Shown piece by piece: positions 62,528 to 64,000 of a DNA stretch of 64,000 nucleotides. Both the position numbers and the translations under genes were made by a program. The DNA lies in the NCBI RefSeq assembly GCF_000002075.1, contig NW_004797318.1:459127-523126 (forward strand), given 5' to 3'. This DNA comes from Aplysia californica (taxonomy: Eukaryota). The notes below the pieces were generated by a model. The model searched no databases. It saw only the letters and a list, made by a program, of their open reading frames with translations, and had not been told where the DNA came from. The stretch's first letter is position 1; each line of letters opens with the position of its first letter.

Positions 62528-63195
62528 CTGGGGGAAAAAAAAACAACTACGGGGTAAATATCAACCCAACTNNNNNNNNNNNNNNNNNNNNNNNNNNNNN
62601 NNNNNNNNNNNNNNNNNNNNNNNNNNNNNNNNNNNNNNNNNNNNNNNNNNNNNNNNNNNNNNNNNNNNNNNNNNNNNNNNNNNNNNNNNNNNNNNNNNNN
62701 NNNNNNNNNNNNNNNNNNNNNNNNNNNNNNNNNNNNNNNNNNNNNNNNNNNNNNNNNNNNNNNNNNNNNNNNNNNNNNNNNNNNNNNNNNNNNNNNNNNN
62801 NNNNNNNNNNNNNNNNNNNNNNNNNNNNNNNNNNNNNNNNNNNNNNNNNNNNNNNNNNNNNNNNNNNNNNNNNNNNNNNNNNNNNNNNNNNNNNNNNNNN
62901 NNNNNNNNNNNNNNNNNNNNNNNNNNNNNNNNNNNNNNNNNNNNNNNNNNNNNNNNNNNNNNNNNNNNNNNNNNNNNNNNNNNNNNNNNNNNNNNNNNNN
63001 NNNNNNNNNNNNNNNNNNNNNNNNNNNNNNNNNNNNNNNNNNNNNNNNNNNNNNNNNNNNNNNNNNNNNNNNNNNNNNNNNNNNNNNNNNNNNNNNNNNN
63101 NNNNNNNNNNNNNNNNNNNNNNNNNNNNNNNNNNNNNNNNNNNNNNNNNNNNNNNNNNNNNNNNNNNNNNNNNNNNNNNNNNNNNNNNNNNNNNN

Positions 63196-63250
<55 letters not shown>

Positions 63251-63467
63251 AACAGGCATATTTTTTCTTGTTTAAATAAGCATTTTACGGTATAAGCAAT
63301 ATGATTAGGTCATATACATAAATTCCGAAGATGTTAGAGGAGTTACAAGAGAGTAACAAACACAAAAAAGAAAGGGATGATAGAAGTCGTTTGATAGGAA
63401 TGAAAGAGCAAACCCCATCAGAGCACCCGCCAACCACCCACTCACACATTTCCCCTGCAGCCAATAC

Positions 63468-63573
63468 CTGTGACAGTTGCGGAACTTGAGATAGGCCAGC
63501 ACCGACAGGGTGGAGAAGAAGATGAGCATTCCCTCCATCAGCATGAACCGTGACTGCACCAGCAGCGCGTTGT
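63468..63573 (-). CDS. POMT1: POMT1 exon (DNALLVQSRFMLMEGMLIFFSTLSVLAYLKFRNCH)
   Basis: PMT-domain motif with canonical splice sites. Confidence 0.93.
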
Positions 63574-64000
63574 CTGAAGGGGGACACAGACATATAATTG
63601 AAAAAAAATAAATAACGGAAGACCGAGAACATTTGCTTCTCAGCCTTTGTAGAAATTTGAAACAAATATTTTACCAAAAGTAAGAGATGGATTGAAGAGT
63701 TGAGAGTTCTGTTTCAGTAAGTGTTTCACAGCATTTGCATCACAATAAGGTCATATAAGTGCCAAAGATTAGGAGGTGTTTCAAGAAAGTTACAAACACA
63801 AAAAGACGGAGGGGAGATAAGTACTAGTACGATAGATGTTTTGATAGAAGAGAAGGAGCAAACTACACCAGAGCACCCACCAACCATCCACAAAGTTGAG
63901 AGTGAATGGAAGAGACATTGTGTTTTAGTAAGAGTTCTATGTTTTACAGCACTTGCAGTACATATAATTGCCGAAGATTAGAGGTTTTGCAAGAGAGTAA

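Larger units (their letters stand above)
44256..63573 (-). other. POMT1: Gene model (5'-partial): protein O-mannosyltransferase 1, 14 coding exons in window
   Basis: Exons translate to PMT, MIR and PMT_4TMC segments matching POMT1 as I recall it (NALLVQSRFML; KYVG; GPHDNIMTSAFQASLEGGL; CWLHSH...[11 protein letters not shown]; LPEWGFNQLEV; RTLFLHHYLP; WVDSWDFL). All introns are GT-AG and phase-consistent. Confidence 0.96.

Overview
Repeat-rich, intron-containing animal genomic DNA with several N gaps. It is probably lophotrochozoan/gastropod, inferred only from the repeat types. Two convergent multi-exon genes can be rebuilt by hand with GT-AG introns whose phases all match. (1) Plus strand, 617-31786: a 14-exon, 876-aa protein with ARM-like helical repeats, an extended-Tudor module that lacks the aromatic cage and looks circularly permuted, an acidic linker, one Schlafen/AlbA_2 domain with a degenerate active site, and a C-terminal coiled coil. 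I do not recognise it as a named gene. It fuses the two module types (extended Tudor and single Schlafen-like domain) that interact in the nematode PETISCO/PUCH piRNA 5'-processing machinery, and it is the main candidate for an undescribed system. (2) Minus strand, 63573-44256: the 14 3'-most coding exons of POMT1; its 5' exons lie beyond the window. Between the genes is an internally deleted Ty1/copia element (5-bp TSD, half-tRNA-Met PBS, gag starting inside the LTR) with a Hero-type LINE fragment in its 5' LTR. The introns hold tRNA/Deu-Nin SINEs, two non-tRNA short retroposon families sharing the same 3' hairpin tail, I-group and RTE LINE fragments, pogo-, piggyBac- and other TIR MITEs, and local tandem duplications, one of which triplicates a splice acceptor.
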